A stretch of DNA of 64,000 nucleotides from an uncultured Gammaproteobacteria bacterium. Lineage in GTDB: Bacteria > Patescibacteriota > Patescibacteriia > SG8-24 > DYFX01. Shown piece after piece: positions 1-9,414 of this stretch. Under the pieces are notes generated by a model. The model was not told the DNA's origin, made no database searches, and saw nothing but the letters and a program-made list of their open reading frames with translations. Location of the stretch: NCBI GenBank assembly GCA_964404275.1, contig CAYOJH010000004.1, forward strand, positions 5,172-69,171, in the 5' to 3' direction. Each line of letters starts with the position of its first letter. The first letter of the stretch is position 1. The position numbers and the translations under genes were made by a program.

Positions 1-2
1 GC

Positions 3-284
3 GGCGGAAGCGCCCTGGCCGATTCCGGCAGCTCCGGCGGTTCCGACGGCGCGACCGGCGCGACAGATGCCGCGACGGATGCCGCGACGAGCGGCGTTCC
101 GAGCGACGCCGCCGATCCCTGCGACGGCACGCCACCTGACGGCGGCGACACCTGCGGATCCGGCAAAACGCTGCTCTGCCACTACCCGCCCGGCAATCCC
201 GGCAACCGCCACGACATCTGCGTCGGCACCCCGTCGGTGCCCGCGCATCAAGCGCACGGCGACACGCTCGGCGACTGCCACTGA
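3..284 (+). CDS. 3' part of a secreted-type protein with a D/A/G/T-rich linker and a C-terminal CHxPPGN...AHxxHGDxLGxC domain (5'-truncated by window)
   Basis: Frame 3 is open from the window start and reads ...DAATDAAT...GKTLLCHYPPGNPGNRHDICVGTPSVPAHQAHGDTLGDCH*, with TGA at 282-284. A terminator follows. Not in the ORF track. Confidence 0.7.
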   Translation, partial: GGSALADSGSSGGSDGATGATDAATDAATSGVPSDAADPCDGTPPDGGDTCGSGKTLLCHYPPGNPGNRHDICVGTPSVPAHQAHGDTLGDCH

Positions 285-290
285 GCCGGC

Positions 291-321
291 GACCTCTCTC
301 TCATGAGAGGCCCTTTTTTTT
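291..321 (+). terminator. Intrinsic terminator
   Basis: cctctc-tcat-gagagg hairpin followed by a T tract. Confidence 0.6.
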
Positions 322-363
322 CTCGGCGTTTTCTGCTAGGCTGGACGCAATTCACTTTCTCTT

Positions 364-747
364 ATGAAGAAATACGCAGGATTGCTCATCACGCTCGCCG
401 CGATCGTTCTCGTAATCGGAGGCTTGGTCTATCTCTCCAACCGCCAGAATGCGACGCCCGGACAGTACGACAAGCTCGCCCAATGCCTCACGAAAAAGGG
501 CGTGAAGTTCTACGGCGCCTCCTGGTGCCCGCACTGCGCCGCGCAGAAAAAAGTCCTCGGCACCTCGATGAAGTACATCGACTACGTCGAATGCGCTAAG
601 CCGGACGGTTCGTCTGGCCAGACGCAAGCCTGTGACGACGCCAAGATCGACGGCTATCCGACCTGGGTCTTCCCCGACGGCACGCGCAAGACCGGCGAAC
701 AAGCGCCCGCCTCGCTCGCGGCCCAAGCCGGCTGCTCGATTCAGTAA
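364..747 (+). CDS. Membrane-anchored thioredoxin-like protein (VKOR partner)
   Basis: N-terminal TM; FYGASWCPHC active site; GYPTW motif; adjacent to a VKOR gene. Confidence 0.85.
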   Translation: MKKYAGLLITLAAIVLVIGGLVYLSNRQNATPGQYDKLAQCLTKKGVKFYGASWCPHCAAQKKVLGTSMKYIDYVECAKPDGSSGQTQACDDAKIDGYPTWVFPDGTRKTGEQAPASLAAQAGCSIQ

Positions 748-748
748 T

Positions 749-775
749 GTCATTCCTGCGAAAGCAGGAATCCAG
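749..775. repeat. CGTC-type REP-like palindrome (family C)
   Basis: gtcattcctgcgaaagcaggaatccag closely matches the repeats flanking the GIY-YIG gene at 35 kb. Confidence 0.8.
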
Positions 776-779
776 ATCC

Positions 780-1238
780 ATGATTAAAAATCACGCCGTC
801 CGCCTGCTTCTCTTCTTCGCCATCGCGGGCCTGCTCGTCTCCGCGTATTCGCTCCATCAACACTACGCGCCGCTCGGCACGAGCGTCTGCAACGTCGGTG
901 GCGCCTTCAATTGCGATCTGGTGAACCACGGACCATACGGCGAAATCGCCGGCTTTCCGGTCGCCGCGGTCGGCGTGATCGGCTACCTGATGATCCTAGT
1001 GGTCGCGATCCAATTCCTGCGCACGAAAGACCCGATCCTCGGCAAAGCGCTGCTTGTGCTGCTGGCCGGTGGCGTCGCCTTCTCGCTCTACCTCACCTCG
1101 CTCGAGGAATTCGTGATCCACGCCTGGTGCCTGATGTGTCTCGGCTCGCTCTCGAGCATCACCGGCGCGACGCTCTCGGGGATCCTGGTCTATCAGAAAC
1201 TGAAACCCGTCAGCACGGAAACGAAAATGCCGATGTAA
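780..1238 (+). CDS. Vitamin K epoxide reductase (VKOR) family protein
   Basis: Four TMs; loop Cys pair CNVGGAFNCDLV; C-terminal WCLMC. Start placed at ATG 780, after the REP. Confidence 0.85.
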   Translation: MIKNHAVRLLLFFAIAGLLVSAYSLHQHYAPLGTSVCNVGGAFNCDLVNHGPYGEIAGFPVAAVGVIGYLMILVVAIQFLRTKDPILGKALLVLLAGGVAFSLYLTSLEEFVIHAWCLMCLGSLSSITGATLSGILVYQKLKPVSTETKMPM

Positions 1239-1239
1239 G

Positions 1240-1265
1240 AAAAACGACCCGCAGGGGTCGTTTTT
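1240..1265. terminator. Intrinsic terminator, possibly bidirectional
   Basis: aaaaacgaccc-gcag-gggtcgttttt. Confidence 0.7.
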
Positions 1266-1285
1266 GATATGCTACACTTCGCCAT

Positions 1286-3022
1286 ATGAAACGTCTGACG
1301 AACGAGGATCTCGCCGAGAAAATTGAGGAGACCGGGCAGCTCTACGAGATGCAGGGCGTTCAATTCAAGCCGCGAGCTTACGCGCGAGCGGCGGAGCAGA
1401 TCGCCTCGTTTGGACAGAGCATCGCCGATCTCTACAAAGAAAAGGGCGAGAGAGGTTTGCGCGAAATTCCCGGCGTCGGCCCCGGCATTGCCGGACATAT
1501 CGCCGAAATGCTTGAGACCGGAACGTTTTCGGAATTGAAGAAGCTGAAAAAGGCGACGCCCATCGACGTGCATGGTTTGCAGCGCGTCGAACACGTCGGG
1601 CCGAAGACAGCGCTCGCGCTCTATAAGAAACTCGGCGTGAAAAACGTCGCCGATCTGCGCAAAGCCGCCGAAGCCGGCAAGCTCATCAACGTCGTCAACG
1701 CGAAATTGGCGGAAAAAATCACGAAGGGTCTCGAATTTTTGAAAACCTCAGGCACGCGCCAAGTGCTCGGTCACATTTTGCCGCTGGCCGGACGGATCGA
1801 AGCCGATCTCCGCGACGTGTCCGGCGTTTCGCATGCCGCCGTGGCCGGTTCGGTGCGCCGCAAGCAGGAAACGATCGGCGATTTGGATTTCATCGTCGTC
1901 GCGAACGATCCCGAAGCCGTGATGGAACGCTTCATGAAATTTCCGCACGTCGTCGAAACGATCGAGCACGGCCCGACCATGACGATCGTGCGCCTCAAGA
2001 ACGGCATGCACGCCGACGTGCGCATCGTCTCTGGCGACGCCTACGGCGCGGTGCTCCAGCATTTCACCGGTTCCAAGGAACACAACATCGCACTGCGCAC
2101 GCTGGCCGTGAAGCGCGGATTGAAACTGAACGAGTACGGTTTGTGGAAAGGCAAGAAGCGCCTGGCCGCTCGGACGGAAGAAGACGTCTACAAAGCGCTC
2201 GGGCTTCCGTACATCGAACCGGAACTCCGCACGAATACGGGAGAGATCGAGGCGGCCAAAGCCGGCACATTGCCGAAGCTGATCCCCTACGGATCGGTGC
2301 GCGGCGATCTGCAAGTGCAAACCTCCTGGACCGACGGCGCGGCCACGATCGAAAAGATGGCGGCCGAAGCCAAGACGCGCGGCATGGAGTACATCGCCAT
2401 CACCGATCACACCAAGGCGCTGGCGATGACGGGCGGCCTGGATGAAAAGCGTTTGGCGCAACAAGGCAAAGAGATCGACAAGCTGAACAAGACGCAAAAA
2501 AACTTCACGATCCTGAAAGGGACGGAGTGCGACATCTTGAAGGACGGTCGCATGGATCTGAACGACGAAGCGCTGGCGAAACTCGATTTTGTCGGCGGCT
2601 CGATCCATTCGTACTTCCGCTTGCCGAAGGAAGAACAGACCGCGCGCATGATCACCGCGATGAAAAATCCGCACGTCGACTGCATCTTCCATCCGACCGG
2701 ACGCATCCTGAACCGCCGTCCGCCGTATGAGATCGACATGCTCGCGGTCCTCAAAGCCGCCAAAGCGACCGGCACCGCCATGGAGATCGACGCCTATCCC
2801 GACCGCAGCGACCTGCGCGACGAACACGTCCGCATGGCCGTCGGGCTCGGCGTGAAGCTCCTGATCGACACCGATGCGCATCATCCATCGCACCTCGGCT
2901 ACCTCGACCTCGGCGTCGCCATCGCCCGCCGCGGCTGGGCCTCGAAGAGCGACGTGCTCAACACGCGCCCCGTCGGAGAACTGCTGAAGTGGCTCAAGAC
3001 GCCGAAACACAAACGCCGCTGA
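1286..3022 (+). CDS. polX: DNA polymerase X with PHP domain
   Basis: HhH motifs (IPGVG); GSVRR...GDLD catalytic motif; FTGSKEHN; C-terminal PHP domain with TDH and TDAH. Confidence 0.95.
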   Translation: MKRLTNEDLAEKIEETGQLYEMQGVQFKPRAYARAAEQIASFGQSIADLYKEKGERGLREIPGVGPGIAGHIAEMLETGTFSELKKLKKATPIDVHGLQRVEHVGPKTALALYKKLGVKNVADLRKAAEAGKLINVVNAKLAEKITKGLEFLKTSGTRQVLGHILPLAGRIEADLRDVSGVSHAAVAGSVRRKQETIGDLDFIVVANDPEAVMERFMKFPHVVETIEHGPTMTIVRLKNGMHADVRIVSGDAYGAVLQHFTGSKEHNIALRTLAVKRGLKLNEYGLWKGKKRLAARTEEDVYKALGLPYIEPELRTNTGEIEAAKAGTLPKLIPYGSVRGDLQVQTSWTDGAATIEKMAAEAKTRGMEYIAITDHTKALAMTGGLDEKRLAQQGKEIDKLNKTQKNFTILKGTECDILKDGRMDLNDEALAKLDFVGGSIHSYFRLPKEEQTARMITAMKNPHVDCIFHPTGRILNRRPPYEIDMLAVLKAAKATGTAMEIDAYPDRSDLRDEHVRMAVGLGVKLLIDTDAHHPSHLGYLDLGVAIARRGWASKSDVLNTRPVGELLKWLKTPKHKRR

Positions 3023-3042
3023 TGGACAGCGGCGTTCGCGCT

Positions 3043-3834
3043 TCAACCTTGCTTGGAAGAAGCGTCGATCGATATTTCGACGCCTTGACCGGCGCCCGTT
3101 CCTTTCTCGGCTCCTTGAGCGGGCTTCTCTTCTTCCGATTTTTCCTCCGTCGTTTTCTCTTTCTTTTCTTTTTCTTCGACTCCGGCGCGCTCTTCTTCCA
3201 GCTTCTTATCGACGCGTTCTTCGGCCTCTTTCGTCAAACTCTTGTCGAATTCTTTCATGAGTTCCGGAAGCTGCTTCAGAATCGCCGGCAAGGCCTTTAT
3301 GCCTTCTTTGAAGGCTGCGGCCAAGCCCTTCGCGGTTTCAGGGCTGAGACCGGAGCCTCCGCCTTCCAATGAGCGGCCGTCGCCGCGCTTTCCGCCTTTC
3401 AACATGCTTGCGAAATCTTTCGAATCCATCGATTCGAATTCCTTGAAAATCTCGTCGATCTTTTCTTGAAGAATTTTTTCTTTCTCTTCTTCGATCAAGC
3501 GTTCTTTCTCCTGGTGGCTGACGAGTTCTTTCTTTTCTTTTTCCAATTCTTCTTGGCGTTCCTCGAGCGCCTCCAGATTTTCCTGGTCCGTTGAAAGGCT
3601 CGGCGGATTTTCCTTGAGCGGCGGCAAGCCCAGCGACTCCCGCGTCTTGTTCAATTCCTTCGAGGTTTCGTCGATGGACTCTCTCAAGTTTTTCGCCTGC
3701 TCCTGCCCGCTTTCAAGCTCGCTTTCCAACCGTTCTTGTTTCCCGCCCGACGATTCAGCCGCCTGCTCTGATCGATGCTCGCTTGGATTCGGCTGGGTTT
3801 CTTGCGCCTTGGGCGCGCCTTCGTATTTGGACAT
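3043..3834 (-). CDS. Hypothetical E/K-rich coiled-coil protein
   Basis: Begins MSKYEGAPKAQE; charged low-complexity composition. The upstream part of the 614-aa ORF overlaps the tRNA and is spurious. Confidence 0.7.
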   Translation of the reverse strand: MSKYEGAPKAQETQPNPSEHRSEQAAESSGGKQERLESELESGQEQAKNLRESIDETSKELNKTRESLGLPPLKENPPSLSTDQENLEALEERQEELEKEKKELVSHQEKERLIEEEKEKILQEKIDEIFKEFESMDSKDFASMLKGGKRGDGRSLEGGGSGLSPETAKGLAAAFKEGIKALPAILKQLPELMKEFDKSLTKEAEERVDKKLEEERAGVEEKEKKEKTTEEKSEEEKPAQGAEKGTGAGQGVEISIDASSKQG

Positions 3835-3902
3835 AAACCGTAAAACATTTAGCTTCCCCAGGATAGCAGCAGGGCGACAAAAGGTAAAAAGAGCGCCCGC
3901 TG

Positions 3903-3926
3903 ACCCTGCACCGTCTGGTGCAGGGC
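3903..3926. repeat. CCCTGCACC-N4/5-GGTGCAGGG palindrome (family B)
   Basis: accctgcaccgtctggtgcagggc, nested in a terminator-like stem. Confidence 0.75.
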
Positions 3927-3954
3927 GGCGTTTTTTGTTAGCGTGTGCCGGTGA

Positions 3955-4040
3955 GCCCGGGTGGCGGAATGGTATACGCTCGCCACTTAAAATGGCGCGC
4001 CCGCAAGGGCATGAGGGTTCGAGTCCCTCCCCGGGTACCA
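3955..4040 (+). tRNA. tRNA-Leu(TAA)
   Basis: Cloverleaf; anticodon arm cgcca-cTTAAaa-tggcg; long variable arm; GGTTCGAGTCC; encoded CCA. Confidence 0.95.
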
Positions 4041-4137
4041 GCAAAAAAACTTCTCTTGGAGGAGTTTTTTTGCCCGTAAGAATCGCGATCCGTTTACGTT
4101 GTGGGTTGCGTGGGGATCGAAAAAAGGAGGTGCACCC

Positions 4138-4731
4138 ATGCCGAACCGAGCTGTCGTGAAGCTTCCCATGAGGCTTCCGAGAGATCAGATCCAGGAACTG
4201 CACGCCGAGCTGGAACGCCATGCCGAGCTGGCGGCCGAAGTCGCCAGGAAACGGCAGAAGACGGAAGCGCTCCACGAGCAGTATGTGCGCGCCGCCATGC
4301 GCGCTCGGGACTATGATCCGGAACATGAAGCATTGGCGCTGTCCGAAGGCTTGATCGATTGGGTCCATGCTTTCGAAGAGAGCGCCCTCCGCACGAAGCT
4401 TCAAGGACAGTTCGGAACCGGCGAGATGCCGATCGCCTTCGCGGAGATTTCGCTCACCGCGGGAAGCGCCTCGCTCGCCTTGCGCGGGGAACTCTGCGTG
4501 TACATCCACCCGAATGCCACGCTTGACGGCATCTATCACTACGTCGAATTCGCCGACGGCTTCATCGTGCGCCAAGGCCAGGATCTCAAGACCGCGCAGG
4601 ACCTTCTTCATCAAATCCACCTTCAGATGCTTCGCCCGTTGCATCGGGAAGTCATCGAGGATGCCGTGTGCTACCGACACATCCAGAAGTGGATGAAAGC
4701 GCAAAGCCAGCGCGTGCTCAGCGACGGCTGA
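4138..4731 (+). CDS. Hypothetical protein (tandem paralog 1 of 3)
   Basis: AAGGAGG SD before ATG 4138; EQYVR, LIDWV and LRT motifs shared with the next gene. Confidence 0.75.
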   Translation: MPNRAVVKLPMRLPRDQIQELHAELERHAELAAEVARKRQKTEALHEQYVRAAMRARDYDPEHEALALSEGLIDWVHAFEESALRTKLQGQFGTGEMPIAFAEISLTAGSASLALRGELCVYIHPNATLDGIYHYVEFADGFIVRQGQDLKTAQDLLHQIHLQMLRPLHREVIEDAVCYRHIQKWMKAQSQRVLSDG

Positions 4732-4846
4732 CGACGACTTGACGCCCCGAAACACCCGTGCTATTTTCTCTCGTTCCGCCGCGAACCGCAGCGGAAATAC
4801 CCTTGCTTTAAAACGTGAGAGAAACGAGAAAGGACGGGTGGAGACC

Positions 4847-5437
4847 ATGTCGGAGGCCAGGTTCCGCATCCCTTCTGCGATCATCAAAGCTTTGAAGAAG
4901 CACGAACAGGCTTCGGAGAAGCGGCGGAAACAGGCTACGGAAGCCGAGAGGCTCTACGAGCAGTACGTGCGTCCCTGCAGTTGCGCGGAGATCGATCAGA
5001 CATCGATACCGTACGCCAGGGATTTGATCGACTGGGTCAACGAATTCGAGGGCAGCTGCCTGCGCACGACGCTGCAGTACCAGCTCGGCGAAGCGGACGT
5101 GCCGATCTGCCGCAAGTCGGCCTCGCTCGAAGCGGAGGCCGACGGCAGCCGCATCGTGATCGAGATCGGCGGCGAGCTGCGGATCCGCATCCATCCGGAG
5201 GGCGGAAGGAACGGGATATATCGGTACGCCGAGATCTGCAACGGCGTGCTCATCCATCAGAATCTCAACCGCAACAACATCGATACCCCGTTCGTCCTGG
5301 CGATGCGCGTGCCGCCCGTGATTCTCAAGCAGATCCATCGGGAGGTCGTCGTGAATCAAGACGTCTGGCCCAGGATCGAGAGATGGGTGAAGACGAAAAG
5401 CGCGAAAATCCTCAGGAACACTCTGACCGGCGGCTGA
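4847..5437 (+). CDS. Hypothetical protein (tandem paralog 2 of 3)
   Basis: Aligns by eye with 4138-4731 (LYEQYVR, LIDWVNEFEGSCLRT, IHP...GIY, IHREVV). Confidence 0.75.
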   Translation: MSEARFRIPSAIIKALKKHEQASEKRRKQATEAERLYEQYVRPCSCAEIDQTSIPYARDLIDWVNEFEGSCLRTTLQYQLGEADVPICRKSASLEAEADGSRIVIEIGGELRIRIHPEGGRNGIYRYAEICNGVLIHQNLNRNNIDTPFVLAMRVPPVILKQIHREVVVNQDVWPRIERWVKTKSAKILRNTLTGG

Positions 5438-5460
5438 CGAAGCCGCCTTTTTCTTTTCCA

Positions 5461-5489
5461 TTGACAAAACCGCCTGAAGCTGGTACGTT
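5461..5489 (+). promoter_or_regulatory. Sigma70-type promoter
   Basis: TTGACA-17 nt-TACGTT. Confidence 0.55.
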
Positions 5490-5534
5490 CGCTCGTCGCT
5501 CTTTGCCCACCCCCAGCCCAACGTGAGGTCCGCC

Positions 5535-6104
5535 ATGATCCGTGATCTGCCCAAGCAAGTTCCCACCATCGTCCTCGCCGTCGCCGACCGCGTCATCAAG
5601 GAAAGGGAGCGGTTCGAAAACAACCGCTCCGTCGCCATCAGCGCCTTCCGTGCGCACGAGCTGCTGGACCGCGATCTGAGCGCGGAAACCACCGCCGAAC
5701 TCGAAACCCGGGCCGAAGCGATCTGTGACTGGGGCGTGAACGTCCGCGAGGCGCTGCCGATCGTGCGGCTCTACCGCTGGTTCAAAACGGACGCTCCGCC
5801 CGCGCTGACGGTCGTGAACCACCAGATCACGCTCAAGCCCGTCGGGTCGGCCCCCGGCGGCACGCTCAAGATGCGCTTGGATCTCGAGCTCGATCCCGAC
5901 CGCGACGTGCTCTTCCGCCACCACGAGTGGTTCGACGGATATCGCGTGGCGGGCGGCGGCGTCATGAACACCGGCACCTCGCTGCTCATGTCGCTGCACT
6001 CCGAGATGCTCCGTCAGGTCCACGACCTGATCGCCGAGAACCAGATCTGGGAACGCGCCACCAACGACTTCACGAGGCTCCTCGAGAGCTTCAAGGACAG
6101 GTAA
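5535..6104 (+). CDS. Hypothetical protein (distant paralog 3)
   Basis: GAGG SD; ICDW and LHSEMLRQVHDLI..NQIWER resemble the two preceding genes. Confidence 0.7.
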   Translation: MIRDLPKQVPTIVLAVADRVIKERERFENNRSVAISAFRAHELLDRDLSAETTAELETRAEAICDWGVNVREALPIVRLYRWFKTDAPPALTVVNHQITLKPVGSAPGGTLKMRLDLELDPDRDVLFRHHEWFDGYRVAGGGVMNTGTSLLMSLHSEMLRQVHDLIAENQIWERATNDFTRLLESFKDR

Positions 6105-6121
6105 CGCCTGTCTTTTTTTGT

Positions 6122-6157
6122 TGACGCAAAAACTGACGGCCGTCAGTTTTTGCGTCA
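6122..6157. repeat. Perfect 36-bp palindrome (family A), solo copy
   Basis: TGACGCAAAAACTGACGGCCGTCAGTTTTTGCGTCA. Confidence 0.9.
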
Positions 6158-6197
6158 GTTGCGCCGTTCGCCGTTTCTCCCCTACGATAGAACTACT

Positions 6198-7253
6198 ATG
6201 GAAGAAATCGTCGCCAAAGCGCCGCCCCGACCCGCACCGGCTGGTGCAGGTCCCCGCGACGTCGCGCCGACCGCCCAGCCGGCCGAACAGGCTTTCGACG
6301 CGCGCCTGCGCCCGAAACGGCTTTCGGAATTCGTCGGCCAGCAGAAGCTGAAGGATCATTTGGCCGTCTTCCTCGGCGCCGCCCAGAAGCGCGGCGAGCC
6401 GATCGAGCACACGCTGCTCTACGGCAACCCCGGTCTCGGCAAGACGACGCTCGCGCACATCATCGGCAACGAGATGGGCGTGAACGTCCGCACGACCTCC
6501 GGTCCGGCGCTCGAACGCGTCGGCGACCTGGCGGCGATCCTGACGAACCTCGAAGAAGGCGACATCCTGTTCATCGACGAAATCCACCGGCTCAACAAAT
6601 TGATCGAAGAGGTGCTCTATCCCGCCATGGAGGATTTCGCGCTCGATCTCGTGATCGGCAAAGGCCCGTCGGCGCGCACGCTGCGCATGGATCTCCCCCG
6701 CTTCACCATGATCGGCGCCACCACGCGCCTCTCGCTCCTGTCCGCGCCGCTGCGCGATCGCTTTGGCGTCACGTATCATCTCGATTTCTACGGCGCGGAC
6801 GATCTTCGGCTGATCGTCGAACGCAACGCCGGCGTGCTGGGCTGCGCGGTCCGTCCCGACGCGGCGCTGCGCATCGCCGAGCGCGCCCGCCGCACGCCGC
6901 GCGTCGCCAACCGCCTCCTGAAACGCGTGCGCGACTACGCGGACTTTCACGGGAATGGTACGATGACCGTGGATATCGTCGATCGCGCCCTCACCATGCT
7001 TGAGATCGACGCCGTCGGCCTCGATCAAGTCGACCGCCTGATCCTCGAAACGGTCATCTCGAAATTCGCCGGCGGACCGGTCGGCCTGAACGCGCTCGCC
7101 GCCGCCACTTCGGAAGAGATGGAAACGATCGAGACGATCTACGAACCGTATCTCATCCAGCTCGGCCTGCTGCATCGCACGCCACGCGGCCGCATGGCCA
7201 CCGACGCCGCCTACGTCCACCTCGGACTGACGGCGCCGCAGAAACTCCTATGA
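6198..7253 (+). CDS. ruvB: Holliday junction branch migration helicase RuvB
   Basis: [12 protein letters not shown]; Walker A GNPGLGKT; FIDEIHR; EPYLIQ...TPRGR. Confidence 0.97.
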   Translation: MEEIVAKAPPRPAPAGAGPRDVAPTAQPAEQAFDARLRPKRLSEFVGQQKLKDHLAVFLGAAQKRGEPIEHTLLYGNPGLGKTTLAHIIGNEMGVNVRTTSGPALERVGDLAAILTNLEEGDILFIDEIHRLNKLIEEVLYPAMEDFALDLVIGKGPSARTLRMDLPRFTMIGATTRLSLLSAPLRDRFGVTYHLDFYGADDLRLIVERNAGVLGCAVRPDAALRIAERARRTPRVANRLLKRVRDYADFHGNGTMTVDIVDRALTMLEIDAVGLDQVDRLILETVISKFAGGPVGLNALAAATSEEMETIETIYEPYLIQLGLLHRTPRGRMATDAAYVHLGLTAPQKLL

Positions 7254-7501
7254 TCTCGTTCCCTCCTTTTTTCCTGCTGATCCCGTACGGACTGCTCCTG
7301 GCGGTCATGGCGTTTTTCGCGCTGGTCGACATCGTCAGCTTGGCGCGCTTCGGCGCCCGCAATTGGGTCGGGCTGCTCGCGAGCTTCATCTTCATCGCCG
7401 GCGCGGCCTTCATCCTGTACGTGACCTGGAATCTGCTGGCCGACGTTTCCTGGACGACGCCGATGCCGCTCATGTCGATTCCTTCCGTCCCCGCGCTCTG
7501 A
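7250..7501 (+). CDS. Small membrane protein
   Basis: Two hydrophobic helices; ATGA overlap with the ruvB stop. Confidence 0.75.
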   Translation: MISFPPFFLLIPYGLLLAVMAFFALVDIVSLARFGARNWVGLLASFIFIAGAAFILYVTWNLLADVSWTTPMPLMSIPSVPAL

Positions 7502-7502
7502 T

Positions 7503-8117
7503 ATGTCGATCTACCAGCTGTTCACTCCGCTCCAAGGCGAAAAAGTCGAGTTCTCGCTGCGACGCCATCCGATCGTCTTCGTGGGCCCGGTCTTCACGTT
7601 CCTGGTCATGACCGCGGTGCCCTTCGTGGCGCGCCAAGTGCTCTTGGCCGGCAAACCGCTCTCGCAGACGATCGTGAATCCGTTCGCGCAGATCGGCATG
7701 ATCCTGCTCGTGTCCATCTACTACCTCGGCATCTGGACGTTCTTTTTCAGCGAATTCATGGATTACTACCTGGACATCGATATCGTCACCAACGACCGCA
7801 TTCTTGACATCAATCAGCACGGGCTCTTCGGCCGGACGATCTCGGAACTCGACCTGACCCGCGTCCAGGACGTGCTCTCGGAAACCAAGGGCATCATCCC
7901 GACGCTCTTGAGCTACGGCCGCGTCGAAATCCAAACCGCCGCCAAGGAAGAGAACTTCATCTTCGAGCAGGTGCCCGATCCGCACGGCGTCCGCCAACGT
8001 ATCCTCGAACTCGCCGCGCTCGATCGCAAGAAAGAAGCGCGCGACATCATGAACGGCGCGACGCCCGGCCAAGCGGCCGCCGCCGAGAATGAGATGAAAC
8101 GTCAGCAAGGGTTGTAA
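7503..8117 (+). CDS. Membrane-flanked bacterial PH domain protein
   Basis: Two TMs followed by IVTNDRILDINQHGLF...VQDV...YGRVEIQTA. Confidence 0.8.
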   Translation: MSIYQLFTPLQGEKVEFSLRRHPIVFVGPVFTFLVMTAVPFVARQVLLAGKPLSQTIVNPFAQIGMILLVSIYYLGIWTFFFSEFMDYYLDIDIVTNDRILDINQHGLFGRTISELDLTRVQDVLSETKGIIPTLLSYGRVEIQTAAKEENFIFEQVPDPHGVRQRILELAALDRKKEARDIMNGATPGQAAAAENEMKRQQGL

Positions 8118-8149
8118 AAAGAAAAAGATCCCGATTGATCGGGATCTTT

Positions 8150-9364
8150 TCAGTTGGCGAACGCGGTCGCGCCGCCGAGCCAGGTTTTTTCGGCCAGGAT
8201 CTTGGCTTCGCGGAAGGCTTGAGACCAGCTGTCGCAGCCGAGGACGGCCACGATCAGCGGGCGTTCGCCGTCGCGCTTGATCCTTGTCACGAAACTGTAG
8301 CCCGCTTCGTACGTGAAGCCCGTCTTGCCGCCCGAGACTTCGATCGTGTCGTCCTTCATCAATTGATTGGTGTTCTTGATGAGGTGCGGGCCGGCGGCCG
8401 TGGCGACTTCGTAGGTCGGATCGGCGTCGAATTCGGCGACCCAGGAATCGTCGAAGGCCGTCTTGGCAAGCAAGGCGACTTCTTTGGCCGTCGAAACGTT
8501 GCCGGCCTGGATACCGGTCGGCTCGACGAACGAGGTCGAGGTCAGGCCGAGCGCTTTGGCTTTGTCGTCCATGCGCTGCACGAACTCGTCCTTGGAAAGT
8601 CCGGTCGCGCGCGCGACGGCATTGGCGGCGTTGTTGGCGGAAGCGATCAGCGTGCTGGCGATGAGATCGCGGACGGACAGGACGGTCCCGTCGCGGACGC
8701 GCAGGCGCCCTCCGCCGACTTCGTCATCGCGCGAGATCGCGAGCGACGCTTCGGGATCCACGCCGGCGTCGTGCGCGACCAGCATCGTCATGAGCTTGGT
8801 GATCGAAGCGATGCTCCGAACTTGATCGGCGTTCTGCTGCGCCAGCACTTCCCCGCTGTCCGCGTCCAAGACGGCGTACGACGGCGCGCGGACCGGCGTC
8901 GCTTCGGTCACCTTGAGCGGATCCACCGTGATCGTGAAGCGCGCGGTCGAACCGTAGATCCAAGCGGCGTGCTCGACGGCCAGCTGGAACGTTTCTTTAT
9001 AGGTGCCCGCGTTTTCGGGTGCATGGAGCGTGAACATCACGCTTCCGGTCTTTCCGGGCGAGACCGTGGCCTGGCCGAGCTTGGCCGCTTGATAGGCCGT
9101 CGGCCATTTTGCATCTCGAAAAACGCTTTTCCGTTTGTAGGGTCCGGTCGCATACAGCGAAACGTAATTCCTGCCGCCGCCTTTCCAGGAATAGCTGCCG
9201 GTGTTTTTGAATTTCAGCGTGATCTGCATGACGGATCCCGCTTCCATTTCGATCGTCCTATCCCCTTGCGCCGCGCCGGAGGCATACAGGCGCGAAGCCG
9301 CGAAGACCGGCACGGCCGCGAGGAGCGCGACGGATGCGATGACGATGGCGCACAAGCGTTTCAT
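8150..9364 (-). CDS. D-alanyl-D-alanine carboxypeptidase (peptidase S11) with an N-terminal Ig-like domain
   Basis: Signal peptide; FKNTGSYSW Ig-like segment; SITK, SAN and KTG motifs. Confidence 0.88.
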   Translation of the reverse strand: MKRLCAIVIASVALLAAVPVFAASRLYASGAAQGDRTIEMEAGSVMQITLKFKNTGSYSWKGGGRNYVSLYATGPYKRKSVFRDAKWPTAYQAAKLGQATVSPGKTGSVMFTLHAPENAGTYKETFQLAVEHAAWIYGSTARFTITVDPLKVTEATPVRAPSYAVLDADSGEVLAQQNADQVRSIASITKLMTMLVAHDAGVDPEASLAISRDDEVGGGRLRVRDGTVLSVRDLIASTLIASANNAANAVARATGLSKDEFVQRMDDKAKALGLTSTSFVEPTGIQAGNVSTAKEVALLAKTAFDDSWVAEFDADPTYEVATAAGPHLIKNTNQLMKDDTIEVSGGKTGFTYEAGYSFVTRIKRDGERPLIVAVLGCDSWSQAFREAKILAEKTWLGGATAFAN

Positions 9365-9414
9365 GCTCCCCAGTATACCAAAATCCTCCGGCGTACGTCG
9401 GAGGATTAACGCGT

